This document shows, in pieces, positions 20,831 to 31,012 of a stretch of 64,000 bases of DNA. The notes under the pieces are model-generated. The model was not told where the DNA came from and did no database searches. It saw nothing but the letters and a program-made list of their open reading frames with translations. Where the stretch lies: positions 42,770 to 106,769 of the forward strand of contig CACWIW010000002.1 in NCBI GenBank assembly GCA_902761035.1. Reading direction: 5' to 3'. The position numbers and the translations under genes were made by a program. Within the stretch, counting starts at the first letter, position 1, and every line of letters begins with the position of its first letter. This stretch comes from an uncultured bacterium. GTDB lineage: Bacteria; Verrucomicrobiota; Kiritimatiellia; RFP12; UBA1067.

Positions 20831-23158
20831 ACAATCTTCTGTCATCGTCAGCGACACTACCTCGCCGGGCTTGAAGTCGCGCTCGAGCGTCGCCTCGCCG
20901 CTGTTGCGCGTCCTGCCGCGCGTCCAGCCTGACACTGGGACAACGGGCGTCCCGCCCGTTGGGTCCACCAGCCGAAACCGCCCGCCCTTCTCGCTCTTCA
21001 CCTCCACGCGCACGACCTTGCCGCCCTTCATCTCGGCGGAGACGAGGAAGCACCCCTTCGCGCGCAGGTTCTCGAACTTCGCGTCCGCGCCCGTCCAGTT
21101 GGGAAACACCTTCACAATGCCGTGGTCGCACTGGATGAACATCGACTGGATGAACTCCATCGTACCAAGCTTCTCCATGCCGTGTACGTTGTCGTGGAGG
21201 TGGAAGTTCTTCTGCATGAGGGGACGCAGCTGGTACTTCTTGAACATGTCGATCACCTCAGCCGCCGGATAGCCCACGCGGGCCGCGATTGAATACAGCT
21301 TCGGAGTCTGGTTGATGTTCCCGCAGACCCTCTTCGGCGAACACGTGGCGATTACGCCGTTTATCCCGTTCGTGGCAAGCGTGCGCGTCTCGTCCGTGAT
21401 GTCGAACGCATAGTTCTCACCAGGTATCACGTTCTCAAGGAAGATGATGCCGCCGCCGGGGTTCGTGGGCCATTTGACGTTCGTCTCGGTGCTGGTGTAC
21501 ATGCGCACGTTCTTTCCGTTCACGGGCATCGCGTTCACCGGCTGGTCGGCAAGGTGGTCACGGAAATCCTTCCATGCGGCGAACTTCGCCTCGGACACTT
21601 CAATCCCCATTTCGCGCAGGACCGGCGCCACATCGACGAGCGTCGCGAAAAGATGCTTCAGGAAACCAAGCGCGGACGCGCTGTTCTTCTCAAGCTGACT
21701 GCTTTCCCAATGCGAGTCCCAGACGTTGTAGCGGTAGGCCGCGACGGAGCGCGGCCCTCCCATAACTTCCTTCTCGCACCACTTGAGGAAGAAGTTCGCC
21801 GTCTTGTCGAGAACCGGCCACACCTTCTTGAGGTAGGCGCGGTCGAGCGTGTACTCCCAATGCGTACACATCACGGCGCACTGGAACGCGCCGTCCGAGA
21901 CCTGGCCCAGACTGGTCGTGTCTCCTTCGGCGCTTGCTCCCCACGGCCCCATCGCCACGGGATAGAGCGCGGCGTCGTCGATGCCGTTCGCGAGATCGGT
22001 GCGGCGGTCGAGATAGTGCCGGCTCTTTTTGTAGAACACCTTACGGTGATGGTCAAGTGCCTGAATATTTTCCTTGGCGTTGCGAATTGCCTGCGACAGA
22101 TAGGCTATCAGCGGATCGGGCATCGTGTCGGCGACCTCGCACCGGTTCGCGGCAAAGCATCCATAGTAGGTGGAAACGTAGTTGTAGTTCAGGTGAAAGT
22201 CGTTGTGCCACTTCGGATCGTCGCGCGTCACCCAGATGCCGTAGAGACCGGGCGGGAACTTGCCGGACCGCACACCCGCGCCGAGCAGATATACCTGTCC
22301 GTGGTAGAAGCGGTCGAGCTCCGCGTCGCCCGTCGTGACGCGGCTGCGGTTCCACCACTCCTTCCACCATGCAACGTGCGCCGCCTTGATCTGGACGAGT
22401 TCTTCCCATGTGAAGCGCCGGGCGGGATTGGTGGAGACGATGAACGCAAATGGCTTGTTCGCATGGATTGAAGCGTTGGCCCGCGCTTCGATTCCGTTGA
22501 CGTTCGAGAGCGCGGAGAATTCCGCGCCAAGTGCGCTCACGGCGGCGGTGGCATTCGTCGTCCAGCCGCGAGGATCGTCCTTGGGCAGCAGGTTCAACGT
22601 GGAACGCTTCACCCAGAAGCCATTGTCGGAGATACCCGCCTCCACCGGAAACGATTTCTTCTGGTTGTGCGCGACGATGCGGAGGATCCATGTGTCGTCC
22701 GTATCCGAAACTCCTGAAATGACGAGCAGGTCTTCATCCGCCGCCACATAGCTTTCGAGTCTCACCTTGCCCTTCCCGAACTTGCCTTCGGTGACGAGCG
22801 TCGCCGTGGGCAAGTCGAGCGTGTCGGTCGACGAGACCGTCTTCAATCCTGGAGCGACGATGAGGTCGGCGAACGAGATCGGGCCGATGTTGTGTTCCTT
22901 CTTGCCGTATGTGAAGTCGCCGCAGCTCCAGAGATCGCCGCGCGTCAGCACGAACTTCTTGTGGTTGACGTCGCCGCCGTTCACCGCGCCAAGCGAGCCG
23001 TTGCCGAGCAGCGCGGCTGTGGGGAGGTCCGTGCTGTACGACGAACCCGGCTTGGCGCTCTCCCACGTCGGGTTGAACGCCGCCGGATTCGGGAACTCCA
23101 CCGCCCGCACTACCGTCATTACGCAGATTGTCCCCGCTACCATTATCAGTTTATTCAT
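20714..23158 (-). CDS. GH95-like (alpha/alpha)6-barrel glycoside hydrolase
   Basis: ALLGNGSLG, PPGLYGIW..DDPKWHNDFHLNYN, HWEYTLD..YL, VFPNW..DAKFENLRAKGCFLVSA; signal peptide. Confidence 0.7.
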   Translation of the reverse strand: MNKLIMVAGTICVMTVVRAVEFPNPAAFNPTWESAKPGSSYSTDLPTAALLGNGSLGAVNGGDVNHKKFVLTRGDLWSCGDFTYGKKEHNIGPISFADLIVAPGLKTVSSTDTLDLPTATLVTEGKFGKGKVRLESYVAADEDLLVISGVSDTDDTWILRIVAHNQKKSFPVEAGISDNGFWVKRSTLNLLPKDDPRGWTTNATAAVSALGAEFSALSNVNGIEARANASIHANKPFAFIVSTNPARRFTWEELVQIKAAHVAWWKEWWNRSRVTTGDAELDRFYHGQVYLLGAGVRSGKFPPGLYGIWVTRDDPKWHNDFHLNYNYVSTYYGCFAANRCEVADTMPDPLIAYLSQAIRNAKENIQALDHHRKVFYKKSRHYLDRRTDLANGIDDAALYPVAMGPWGASAEGDTTSLGQVSDGAFQCAVMCTHWEYTLDRAYLKKVWPVLDKTANFFLKWCEKEVMGGPRSVAAYRYNVWDSHWESSQLEKNSASALGFLKHLFATLVDVAPVLREMGIEVSEAKFAAWKDFRDHLADQPVNAMPVNGKNVRMYTSTETNVKWPTNPGGGIIFLENVIPGENYAFDITDETRTLATNGINGVIATCSPKRVCGNINQTPKLYSIAARVGYPAAEVIDMFKKYQLRPLMQKNFHLHDNVHGMEKLGTMEFIQSMFIQCDHGIVKVFPNWTGADAKFENLRAKGCFLVSAEMKGGKVVRVEVKSEKGGRFRLVDPTGGTPVVPVSGWTRGRTRNSGEATLERDFKPGEVVSLTMTEDCAATAGVLSPISFDAPGMCTPMRRHPSRVAGSPANRSRS

Positions 23159-23217
23159 TTTGGCTTGTCCTTCCAAAACTATTTTTATCCAAATATTCAG
23201 ATTGCGTTATTGAGCAG

Positions 23218-24429
23218 TCAATACAAGAATCCGAAAAGCCAGAGGGGAATCTTGCTGCCGATGCCTACTTCCGTATCGTCATTCACGACGTAACTGTGCG
23301 GCACATCCTTGATCTGTTCGAAACCTTTGCCCTTTCCCCCCACTTCGAAAACGAACTTGCCGTCCACCTCGAAGTCGCCAATGCCCGAGAAGCATACTTC
23401 GCCGACCTTCCTGACCTGATTGAAGAAATAGGTTTCGCGGCGCACACCGGCATCGACATGCGGGATCAACGCATACATCAGGTTCGTGTTGTCGCAGTAT
23501 ATCTTCTCAGGTCGCGAAAGGTTGCCGAGTTTGTTCTTCTTTCTCGGCACAAGCGCCAGAAGTCCGGCACGCTCAAGGGCGGTCAACATCTTGAGCCCCT
23601 GGTTACGCTCCGTGCCAAGCTCACGGTAGAGTTCGCTCATGTTCGGGGATTGCGGCGTCGATGCCGCAAGAACCTTCAGCATCTTCTTCGTCGTCCTGAT
23701 CGTCTCCTGCGAAACGTCCTCAATCGAAGGATAGTCGGATTCGAGAACCTTGCGCACCGTGGCGAGCAACCGGTCCTGGTACTGCGCATGGGACTCCGCG
23801 TAAAACGGATAGAAGCCTATTCGCTGATATCTCTCGAAATGCGGAAGTATTTTTGTCTTCGCCACAATCGACGAAGCCAGGCGACGATGATCGGCAAGGA
23901 GTTCTTCAAGGGTAACGGCACGGTGGTCGAGTATCTTCTCAAACGACAGGTACTCCCTGAAAGAGAGTCCGCGTAACCTGTACACGGCCTGCCTGCGGGA
24001 CAAATCCGCCTTGCCGCTTTCAAGCTTCAACATGGACGATCCGCTATAAACGAAGTTCATGGACGGGAACTGGTCGTAGAGGTTTTTTACGAGCCACTGC
24101 CACTCTTTGCCGAAGTGGTGAATTTCGTCGATAAACACATGCGTGTAGCCATGACTGTAAAGATAGTCCACGGCATCCTTGACGCTGTACTGCGAAAACC
24201 AGAAATCGTCAAGGCTCATGTAGATGGCCTTGTCGCTTCCTGTCCCGAATGCCTCGCGGATGCGTTGCCTCATCAAAGTCGTCTTGCCCGTACCGCGAGC
24301 CCCCATGATGCAGATCAGACGGTCGCGCCAGTCGATCTCGTCATGCAGATAACGATGAAAGCCAAGCGGAACCTCGCCAACGACACGATCCGAAGTTTCA
24401 AACAACTCTTGCATCTGTTCACTTGTCAT
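23218..24429 (-). CDS. AAA_14 family ATPase, paralog of 61628-62833
   Basis: GARGTGKTT, FIDEIH, SGSSML, DLSRR, GLSFREYL, PEKIYCDNTNL, RETYF, FEVGGKGK, IPLWLFGFLY. Confidence 0.9.
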   Translation of the reverse strand: MTSEQMQELFETSDRVVGEVPLGFHRYLHDEIDWRDRLICIMGARGTGKTTLMRQRIREAFGTGSDKAIYMSLDDFWFSQYSVKDAVDYLYSHGYTHVFIDEIHHFGKEWQWLVKNLYDQFPSMNFVYSGSSMLKLESGKADLSRRQAVYRLRGLSFREYLSFEKILDHRAVTLEELLADHRRLASSIVAKTKILPHFERYQRIGFYPFYAESHAQYQDRLLATVRKVLESDYPSIEDVSQETIRTTKKMLKVLAASTPQSPNMSELYRELGTERNQGLKMLTALERAGLLALVPRKKNKLGNLSRPEKIYCDNTNLMYALIPHVDAGVRRETYFFNQVRKVGEVCFSGIGDFEVDGKFVFEVGGKGKGFEQIKDVPHSYVVNDDTEVGIGSKIPLWLFGFLY

Positions 24430-24470
24430 ACTTGCTCCTCATAATCCAAGATACTTTTTCTCGGCTATAT

Positions 24471-24561
24471 TTAGTAATTGCGTTTACTAATTTTCACCGC
24501 TATTGAGTAAATGGATTTACGAAACGCCGTTATTATCTCATATTTTGGCACTCCGTGTCAA
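24471..24561 (-). promoter_or_regulatory. sigma70-like promoter and twin AGTAA-N6-TTAC operators
   Basis: TTGACA-N18-GATAAT (24561-24532); units TTAGTAATTGCGTTTACTAA at 24471 and TGAGTAAATGGATTTACGAA at 24504. Confidence 0.65.
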
Positions 24562-24646
24562 GGCCGATTCCGACACGGGATTTTCTTCACCTATTTGCAC
24601 TTTACCGAATAGGTGAAAGTAATTAGCGCGTCCCGCGTGACCGCAA

Positions 24647-24697
24647 GGTGGGGCGAGACGCCCGCCCCACTGGGACAACGGGCATCTTGCCCGTTGC
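24647..24697. repeat. REP-like double hairpin (gggacaacgggcgtc/ttgcccgttg family)
   Basis: Related copies at 20934-20961, 26396-26422 and 55102-55154. Confidence 0.8.
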
Positions 24698-24707
24698 CGC
24701 AGCAGGA

Positions 24708-25963
24708 TTATCGAACGAGAATAATAAATCCCTTGAGCGTCGGCCCGTATGTGCCCCGCCGGGAACAAGCACAACCACATTGCGCCCTGCTGGGACGTTG
24801 ATGTTCTCCGTCGCACTCGTCGCGTCAATGGCCATCGGCATTGCGCCGGGGATCGCCGCGAGCGTGGCGTCGAGCTGCGCCTGCGTGTTCACGACGAAAG
24901 GCACGTATGTCAGGAACGTCACGTTCTGCAATTTCTCGGCAGACACCGACATTGTCGACGAAAAGCTGTTCGTGACGGCGATGCGCGTGTCGAGGTCAAA
25001 GTATTCCTTGAACCTTGCGGCATTGTTCAGCACCTTCTCAAATGCGGCAGAAGTGTTCGGCACGGCGGTGATCGTCTTTGCCGCATCGTCAATGTCGAGA
25101 TCGAGTTCCTGGTCCACGCCGTAGTATATGAGATCGGTATTGGTGCCGCCAAATTTGCAGTTCGTCCACTTCCCGTTCGCCGGAACGAACACGCTGCAGC
25201 CATTGACGCCTTCCATCATATATTCGTTTGCGCCGTAGTTTGTGTTGTATGTCGTATTCCGTCCATAAAGAATCACCTCAAGGGAATAAGCGTACCTGAA
25301 CGTGAATGGCTGGCACACCGTAGTATATGGCTGCGTGCCGGACGCGACCGTGGGCCGCCCTTTTATCCATACCCCCTTCAAAGTAGAGCTGCCCTGGCCT
25401 GAATTACTGGCGAAATACCGAGGAACCCATGTCGTTCCGCTTCCGATGATGATGGATTCAATCCCAAGGCATCCGTCAAAGGCAAAGTTGTGCATGTAGC
25501 ACGGATTGGAATCGGGGACGACAAGTGTTCCCCTCAATCCCTTGCAGTAGCGGAAAACCTGCTGCCCCCATTGCGCGGTACACCCATCGCCAAACGACGA
25601 AACGCCGACCAATCCTGAGCAACCGCTGAACACAGCCGCCCCAATCGACGTCACTGAGGCTGGGATGGCCAATGTCCCCGTCAATGCGGTACACCCACTG
25701 AATGCATTGGCGGCAAGTGCCGTAACCGTATAGCTCGTGCCGTTGTTCGTGAACGTCCATGGTATGTCCGCTGCGTCCAGAGTCGCGCCTTTCGGCATTG
25801 CCGGATTGGTGCCGTCGCCAAGCGTGACAGTCCTGTTCGCGGCGTTGTTGACGGTGTACGTCCACGTCACGCCATTGATTTCGACTGTGTCGGCGCTTGC
25901 CGCCATCTGGATTGCCGCGCTTGTTGCAATCACCGCTACTGCTATCAGTTTTCTTATGTTCAT
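24708..25963 (-). CDS. BspA-like (LRR_5) secreted protein with an apparent 1-nt frameshift near 24755
   Basis: NAFSGCTALTGTLAIPASVTSIGAAVFSGC repeats; adding one G in the G4 run (24754-24757) yields GTYGPTLKGFIILVR-stop at 24708; uncorrected ORF runs through a REP to 24623. Confidence 0.75.
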
Positions 25964-26237
25964 TGTTGGTTTTCCTTTTGCTTGAAGGGTTAAAGGGTTG
26001 AGTCAAAACTGCGCAAGGCGGCGCGACGCGCCGCCCTTAGGCGATGACGGCTGGTATTTTACCAAATACACCCTCCCCCGCGTAAGTCGTCAATTCCATA
26101 CTTCACAATTTTGCCGTTTGACCTTGCCGAGCAGACACTTTGCGATCTCGAAAGCAGAATGGGATGTCCAGCCGACAAGGTCTGCACCATCATGTACAGA
26201 ATCCTTCGCCACTCACTACCAAGTACCGACACTCATT

Positions 26238-26323
26238 GTGGCTCATAATTCCCCTCGTTGTGGCTCAAAAATCCCCCTCGCGTGGCTCAAAAATCCCCCC
26301 ATAGTGGCTCAAAAATCCCCCTC
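26238..26323. repeat. Four tandem 22-bp repeats GTGGCTCAAAAATCCCCC....
   Basis: Units start at 26238, 26260, 26282, 26304. Confidence 0.95.
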
Positions 26324-26544
26324 TCGTACCTACGCCTTGCGCCCAGCGTACCCAGACCGAGATCGATGCTGACCGAAATTCTCATCGCCCGTTTTCGGGG
26401 TGGTGGGCGTCCCGCCCGCCACTCTTGTACAACGCGCTGCCAGCGCGTTGCCGAAGCTGTCTTTGCTTTAGATTTCGCTTTTGCTTTTGTCCGTGTAGAA
26501 CATGTCGAACGTGTAGTTGCGCGCGGCGTTGCCGCCGCGCCGTG

Positions 26545-28236
26545 TTACCGCACGATGAGCATGAATCCAGGAATCTTGCGGGAGTATTCAAGTGACACGT
26601 TGTCGAGGACGGAATTGAAATTGTTCTCGGCGTTTTCGATGTATTCGGGCTGCGGGGCATAGAACTCCAGCGTATATTTGCCGCCTTTGCGCAACTTCGC
26701 CTCGCCGACGAACTGCTGGAACGCATTGAGCGACGTCGCGACGACGGAACGTTCCCACACCTTCTCGCCCTCAAGCCCCTCGCCCTTGTAGATGCGGGCA
26801 TAGATCGTGCCACCCTTGTAGTGGTTGTACGGACGCGAAGCATACGAGAAGCGCAGTTGGTATATACCCGCCTTCGGCGCAGTGAACGACTGGCTGATGC
26901 TGACCGGCGGCAACCGCTTCTCGGCTGTTCCATTCGTGTAGTTCGCCGTAAGGATGTACATCGAATAGACGCCTGAGTCGATGCTTGACGAAACAAATTT
27001 CGCATTGCTGGGATATCCGGGCATGGCAAGGCCGGCATTACCTGAAACAGTCCATCCGGGATTGGAATACTCGCCGGCCGTGGAAGCAGAACATTTCGCG
27101 CTCGCTGACACCGTTCCCGCGTCGAAGTTTCCGTTCAGGAGCAACGTGTCGCTCATACGCACGGCCACGTCGTCAACCGTAGAGCACGGCACATGTCCCA
27201 CTTCCGTATCCGACTCCAAGGTGTGACGCAACGTGAACGTATGGTCGCCTGCCGTCAGGTGTTTCCAAAACATCGCGCGCCTATACGTGGCAACAGCTGT
27301 ACAATCGACATAGCCCGCAGACTCGCCGTCCACCTCCGCATAAACGCGACCGCCGTAGTAGTACCTCGTATCACGCGCGGCGTATGCGAAGGACACGACA
27401 TAGTCACCTTCCTCGGAAACGGATATCGGCTGCGAGACGCTTCTTTCGTCACCATTGAAGAAGAGAACGAAACTTCCGTCATACGGCGAGCCGACGAGGT
27501 AAGCAGAACTCCCTTTCGCGAGACCGGTTCCACCTGTGTCCGCCGTCCAATCCTCAATGTTGATGCCATTGGCAAATCCCTCGAACAGCGACGTGTACGG
27601 GAATCCCGTGTGATTTTCAAAGCTGGCATTACCGAGAAGGTTGTCAGCACCAACTTCTGTCGCCGATTGCAGTGATACCGCGTCAAGGATGGAGTTTGAG
27701 CGTTTCTCGCCATCGGTTGACAGCTCATTGGAGTGTCGAATTACGAAGACGTGGCTTCCCGCGGAAAGAGTCGTAGTAAACCGCGCAAGCCTGAACTTGC
27801 TTCGCTCTAAACCACAATCCGCATGGCCGATCTCAACACCGTCGATTTCAGCATAAAAACGGCCATTGCCGTAGCATGTATTATCAGCCCGCGCAATGTA
27901 GCCAAAGGACGCCACATACGTACCAGCTTCGACGACATCGATGGTCTGTGTGATGCTGGCAATCTTCTGGAAATAGATCGCATAGTCTCCGTTCAGCGTG
28001 CCGACACGAAGCCAAGGGCAGTTGCTATAGGACTTTGACATGCCCACACTGCCGCCCCACGTCCACCCCGACAATTTCAAGGAAGCGGAAAGATTCGCGT
28101 ATTGCGCCGGAGGCGTACATCCTTCCTCGCATTCATCAAACCCGCCGTTGGTGATGAGTTCCGCAGCCGTAAGTTGGAAACTCGCACTTGCGGCAACCGC
28201 CACCGAGACTGCGGCTTTCCATGTTTGGTTTTTCAT
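26545..28236 (-). CDS. Secreted protein with three jelly-roll (DUF642/CBM-like) repeats, ending GFMLIVR
   Basis: LITNGGFD, LLGNASFE, LLLNGNFD repeat starts; ISQT/ISQS..GxYxxSFxYxAR; signal peptide. Confidence 0.7.
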   Translation of the reverse strand: MKNQTWKAAVSVAVAASASFQLTAAELITNGGFDECEEGCTPPAQYANLSASLKLSGWTWGGSVGMSKSYSNCPWLRVGTLNGDYAIYFQKIASITQTIDVVEAGTYVASFGYIARADNTCYGNGRFYAEIDGVEIGHADCGLERSKFRLARFTTTLSAGSHVFVIRHSNELSTDGEKRSNSILDAVSLQSATEVGADNLLGNASFENHTGFPYTSLFEGFANGINIEDWTADTGGTGLAKGSSAYLVGSPYDGSFVLFFNGDERSVSQPISVSEEGDYVVSFAYAARDTRYYYGGRVYAEVDGESAGYVDCTAVATYRRAMFWKHLTAGDHTFTLRHTLESDTEVGHVPCSTVDDVAVRMSDTLLLNGNFDAGTVSASAKCSASTAGEYSNPGWTVSGNAGLAMPGYPSNAKFVSSSIDSGVYSMYILTANYTNGTAEKRLPPVSISQSFTAPKAGIYQLRFSYASRPYNHYKGGTIYARIYKGEGLEGEKVWERSVVATSLNAFQQFVGEAKLRKGGKYTLEFYAPQPEYIENAENNFNSVLDNVSLEYSRKIPGFMLIVR

Positions 28237-28339
28237 GCTGCTGTTTTCCTTTCGGTTAGTGGATGATTGGTTTTGCGCCTTTGCTTTGGCCGTTGTTTTT
28301 GTCCGTGTAGAACGTGTAGAACGTGTAGTTGCGCGCGGG

Positions 28340-30883
28340 CTACTTGACGATTATTATAAGGCCGCTCAACGCATACAGGCCGTCGTCTTGCGCAACAAAG
28401 GAACGCTTACGCTCTCCCGTCGCGCTCACGAACTTGACCGTGTCGATGCCGGTTGGCTTGGAAGCGGAATCCCACGAAATAATAGGCTTCCGAGACGAAA
28501 CAGGACGCTCGCCAAGTTTCACGCTCACCGTTGCGCCATTTGCGAACTTCAGCTTATTGTCGCCGGTGGTGAACGCAGAGACGAGCGGCAATGCGTTCGA
28601 ACGCGACGAAAGATCCATGGTCGAACCGTCCTGCATTTCACATCCATGGAAACAGTCGTGCGCGGACGGCTTGAACGTGCCATGGACCTTCAACAAGGCC
28701 GCCCCTGTATTGATGCTGCCGTCATACAGTGCCTCGTAGCCTCCGACATTTAGAGGTGCCGAGATATTCATTGCACTGTTCACAATGAAGTTTACGTTTG
28801 TCGCCACGTTCGTAATGCTATTCACCATCGAATGTCCGCCGACTCGAAACGTCCCGCCGTCAATGGAAATCGTGCCGTTCTCGGCAACGATGGATGCAAA
28901 ATTGAAAGACTTTCCGTCTTCAACTACAGCATGCAGCGTATATCCATTGAGATTGACATAGCTTGTCACAGTATCCGCCGCAAGGATTCCGTATGATGAC
29001 GTGCAAAGCATCCAGGAGTCCGCTTCGAGGCGCATACTTCCAATCTGGGCTGCGGGAGGATTTGCCTCCGCGCCAGAGTTTTGGACGATGCCGCCGTCCA
29101 GCACCATCTTCCAACGGCTCCAGGCCAACTGCCCGTCCACGTCAAACACGCCGTTCGAGGACACGACAATCTCATTTACGAGATTGGTCAAGCCAAGCGG
29201 ATCGTACTTTTGCGCGTATCCGCAAACAAGAGTCCCTTCGGAAACGTGGTTTCCGCCCGTGTAGGTCTGGTATGCCTTTGCCGCCTTGAATCCGCCTTCG
29301 CCCTCTTTCACGAAACGGACATGGCCCCCAATCGTGACGCCAAGGTTCACGTTTGTCACACCTGCTGGCGACCACACGCGAAGCGCGGCAATGCCGGATG
29401 CACCGTTGGTCACAATTCCCGTATTGCCGAACCAAGTCAAATGCAGGTCATGTCCGTTAAGATCGACGCACGTATTGTTATCAGCGAAGGACAATGTTCC
29501 AAACCCACGCAAGTCACTGTCTGCGGAAAGAGTGCAATTTCCCAGACTGAGAGACGCGCACGAAAAGGCGGTATTCGTCCCCGCCTGAATGTACAAGGCG
29601 CCACTCTCTATGGTGACGGCGGTATCTGCCGTCGGAAGCGTATTTGGCATGATGTTGCCCATAACGTCGCGGCATGTCCAATTCGCGGAATTCATCACGG
29701 AACCATCGCCTGCCGAGCCCGTCCACTCTGCGGAAACCACGGCGCCAACAGCCGTCAGGAACGACAACGGCAAATGCGTCGTGTCGTAGTCCGCCTTGAT
29801 ACGGTCTGGAGACATCACGCCGTCGTACATCCTCAATTCGTCGTACTTGCCGATCCAGCCTTGTCCGCGAGTGCCAAGGTTCCCGATCATCATGCCGTAT
29901 GTCAAATTCACCGGACAAAATGTCTGTGCGGGCGTCCCCGAGCAGACGAGTTCACCGTCGATGTAGATCTTGATGGTCTTGTTGTCGCATACCATGTACA
30001 TATACATCCATCTGCCGACTATATCCGAGATCGGATAGTTGGCCACCACCTCTGCGTTACCGTTGCCGGATGTGTATTGGCTAACAAAACGTATATCGTC
30101 CGGTGTCACGTTCTGCCCCATCATCACGTCCCATCCTACGACGTATGCGGAGGACGAAGCGTTGCGGGTGCAGAAGTAGCGCTGCGCGAGACTTGTGGCC
30201 CGCTGGTCGGCATACCACCATCCCCCGACGGAAAACTCATTGGTGTTTGCCATCTTGTCGGCGTAAGCCGGGACTTTGAGGCCATTGTGCTTAGATGAAG
30301 ATGTCTGGTTGATTCTGCATCCTCCAATCAGTCCGGGAGCCGTCGTCATCTGGGAGACGGCCCCACTGGAGCCGGCCGTTGGCTTGGCGTCAAGTCCGTT
30401 GCCGGTGACGTCGGGTTCGTTCGCCGAACCGCTGGCCTTGCCCATGTGCCACACGCCGACGAAATTACTCCATGTACTGGACGATGTGCATGTCTGAGCC
30501 GCCGTACGCGCCTCGCCCCAGTGCATCGTGATTGCAGTGGGGAAGTTCGCGTCGGTCGAGGGAACCACGGTCGGAATTTTCACCCACACAAACGAATCGC
30601 CGGACGTGTCCCATGTATCGACATCGTGCGAGATCAAGTTTCCGCTTGAGTCCGTAAACCAGAGGTCAGTGCCGTTCGCGCCGATGCAGTCCGAATAATG
30701 AAACCCGTACACACCGTCGCTGAGCTTGATGAGCGCCTGAAAATCCGTCAGCGTCGTTGATCCTGTGTATCCGCTACACGAGAGCGTTACAGATTTTACC
30801 GCCGCATATAATGGTAATGCCGCGCTTGCGGCGATTGCCGCCGCCAAGATGGCGGCTTCCCCAGTCAGTTTTCTCATGCTCAT
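28340..30883 (-). CDS. Secreted DUF2341 + LamG-like + beta-helix protein, ending GLIIIVK
   Basis: LTDFQALIKL, DLWFTD, DTWD..VWVKIP, VGVWHM, GKYDELRMYD, KEGEG..YTGGNHVSEGTL. Confidence 0.75.
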   Translation of the reverse strand: MSMRKLTGEAAILAAAIAASAALPLYAAVKSVTLSCSGYTGSTTLTDFQALIKLSDGVYGFHYSDCIGANGTDLWFTDSSGNLISHDVDTWDTSGDSFVWVKIPTVVPSTDANFPTAITMHWGEARTAAQTCTSSSTWSNFVGVWHMGKASGSANEPDVTGNGLDAKPTAGSSGAVSQMTTAPGLIGGCRINQTSSSKHNGLKVPAYADKMANTNEFSVGGWWYADQRATSLAQRYFCTRNASSSAYVVGWDVMMGQNVTPDDIRFVSQYTSGNGNAEVVANYPISDIVGRWMYMYMVCDNKTIKIYIDGELVCSGTPAQTFCPVNLTYGMMIGNLGTRGQGWIGKYDELRMYDGVMSPDRIKADYDTTHLPLSFLTAVGAVVSAEWTGSAGDGSVMNSANWTCRDVMGNIMPNTLPTADTAVTIESGALYIQAGTNTAFSCASLSLGNCTLSADSDLRGFGTLSFADNNTCVDLNGHDLHLTWFGNTGIVTNGASGIAALRVWSPAGVTNVNLGVTIGGHVRFVKEGEGGFKAAKAYQTYTGGNHVSEGTLVCGYAQKYDPLGLTNLVNEIVVSSNGVFDVDGQLAWSRWKMVLDGGIVQNSGAEANPPAAQIGSMRLEADSWMLCTSSYGILAADTVTSYVNLNGYTLHAVVEDGKSFNFASIVAENGTISIDGGTFRVGGHSMVNSITNVATNVNFIVNSAMNISAPLNVGGYEALYDGSINTGAALLKVHGTFKPSAHDCFHGCEMQDGSTMDLSSRSNALPLVSAFTTGDNKLKFANGATVSVKLGERPVSSRKPIISWDSASKPTGIDTVKFVSATGERKRSFVAQDDGLYALSGLIIIVK

Positions 30884-31012
30884 TTTGTTTTCCTTTGTTG
30901 TTGCCCTTGCGGGCGGTTTGCTTGAAGTTGTTTGTTTGGAATTCAGTTCACTAGATCATACTTTTGTCCATGTAGCTGGCAGGGTGCGTTCGCCGAACGC
31001 GCCGATGACTGG

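Noticed and set aside
23218..23240. AAA_14 C-termini (LFGFLY / LFGFMY) as instances of the sorting motif
   Set aside because: Gly is at -4 not -7, the proteins lack signal peptides, and the tail is a family-conserved feature
26238..26323. CRISPR array
   Set aside because: Head-to-tail 22-bp units with no unique spacers
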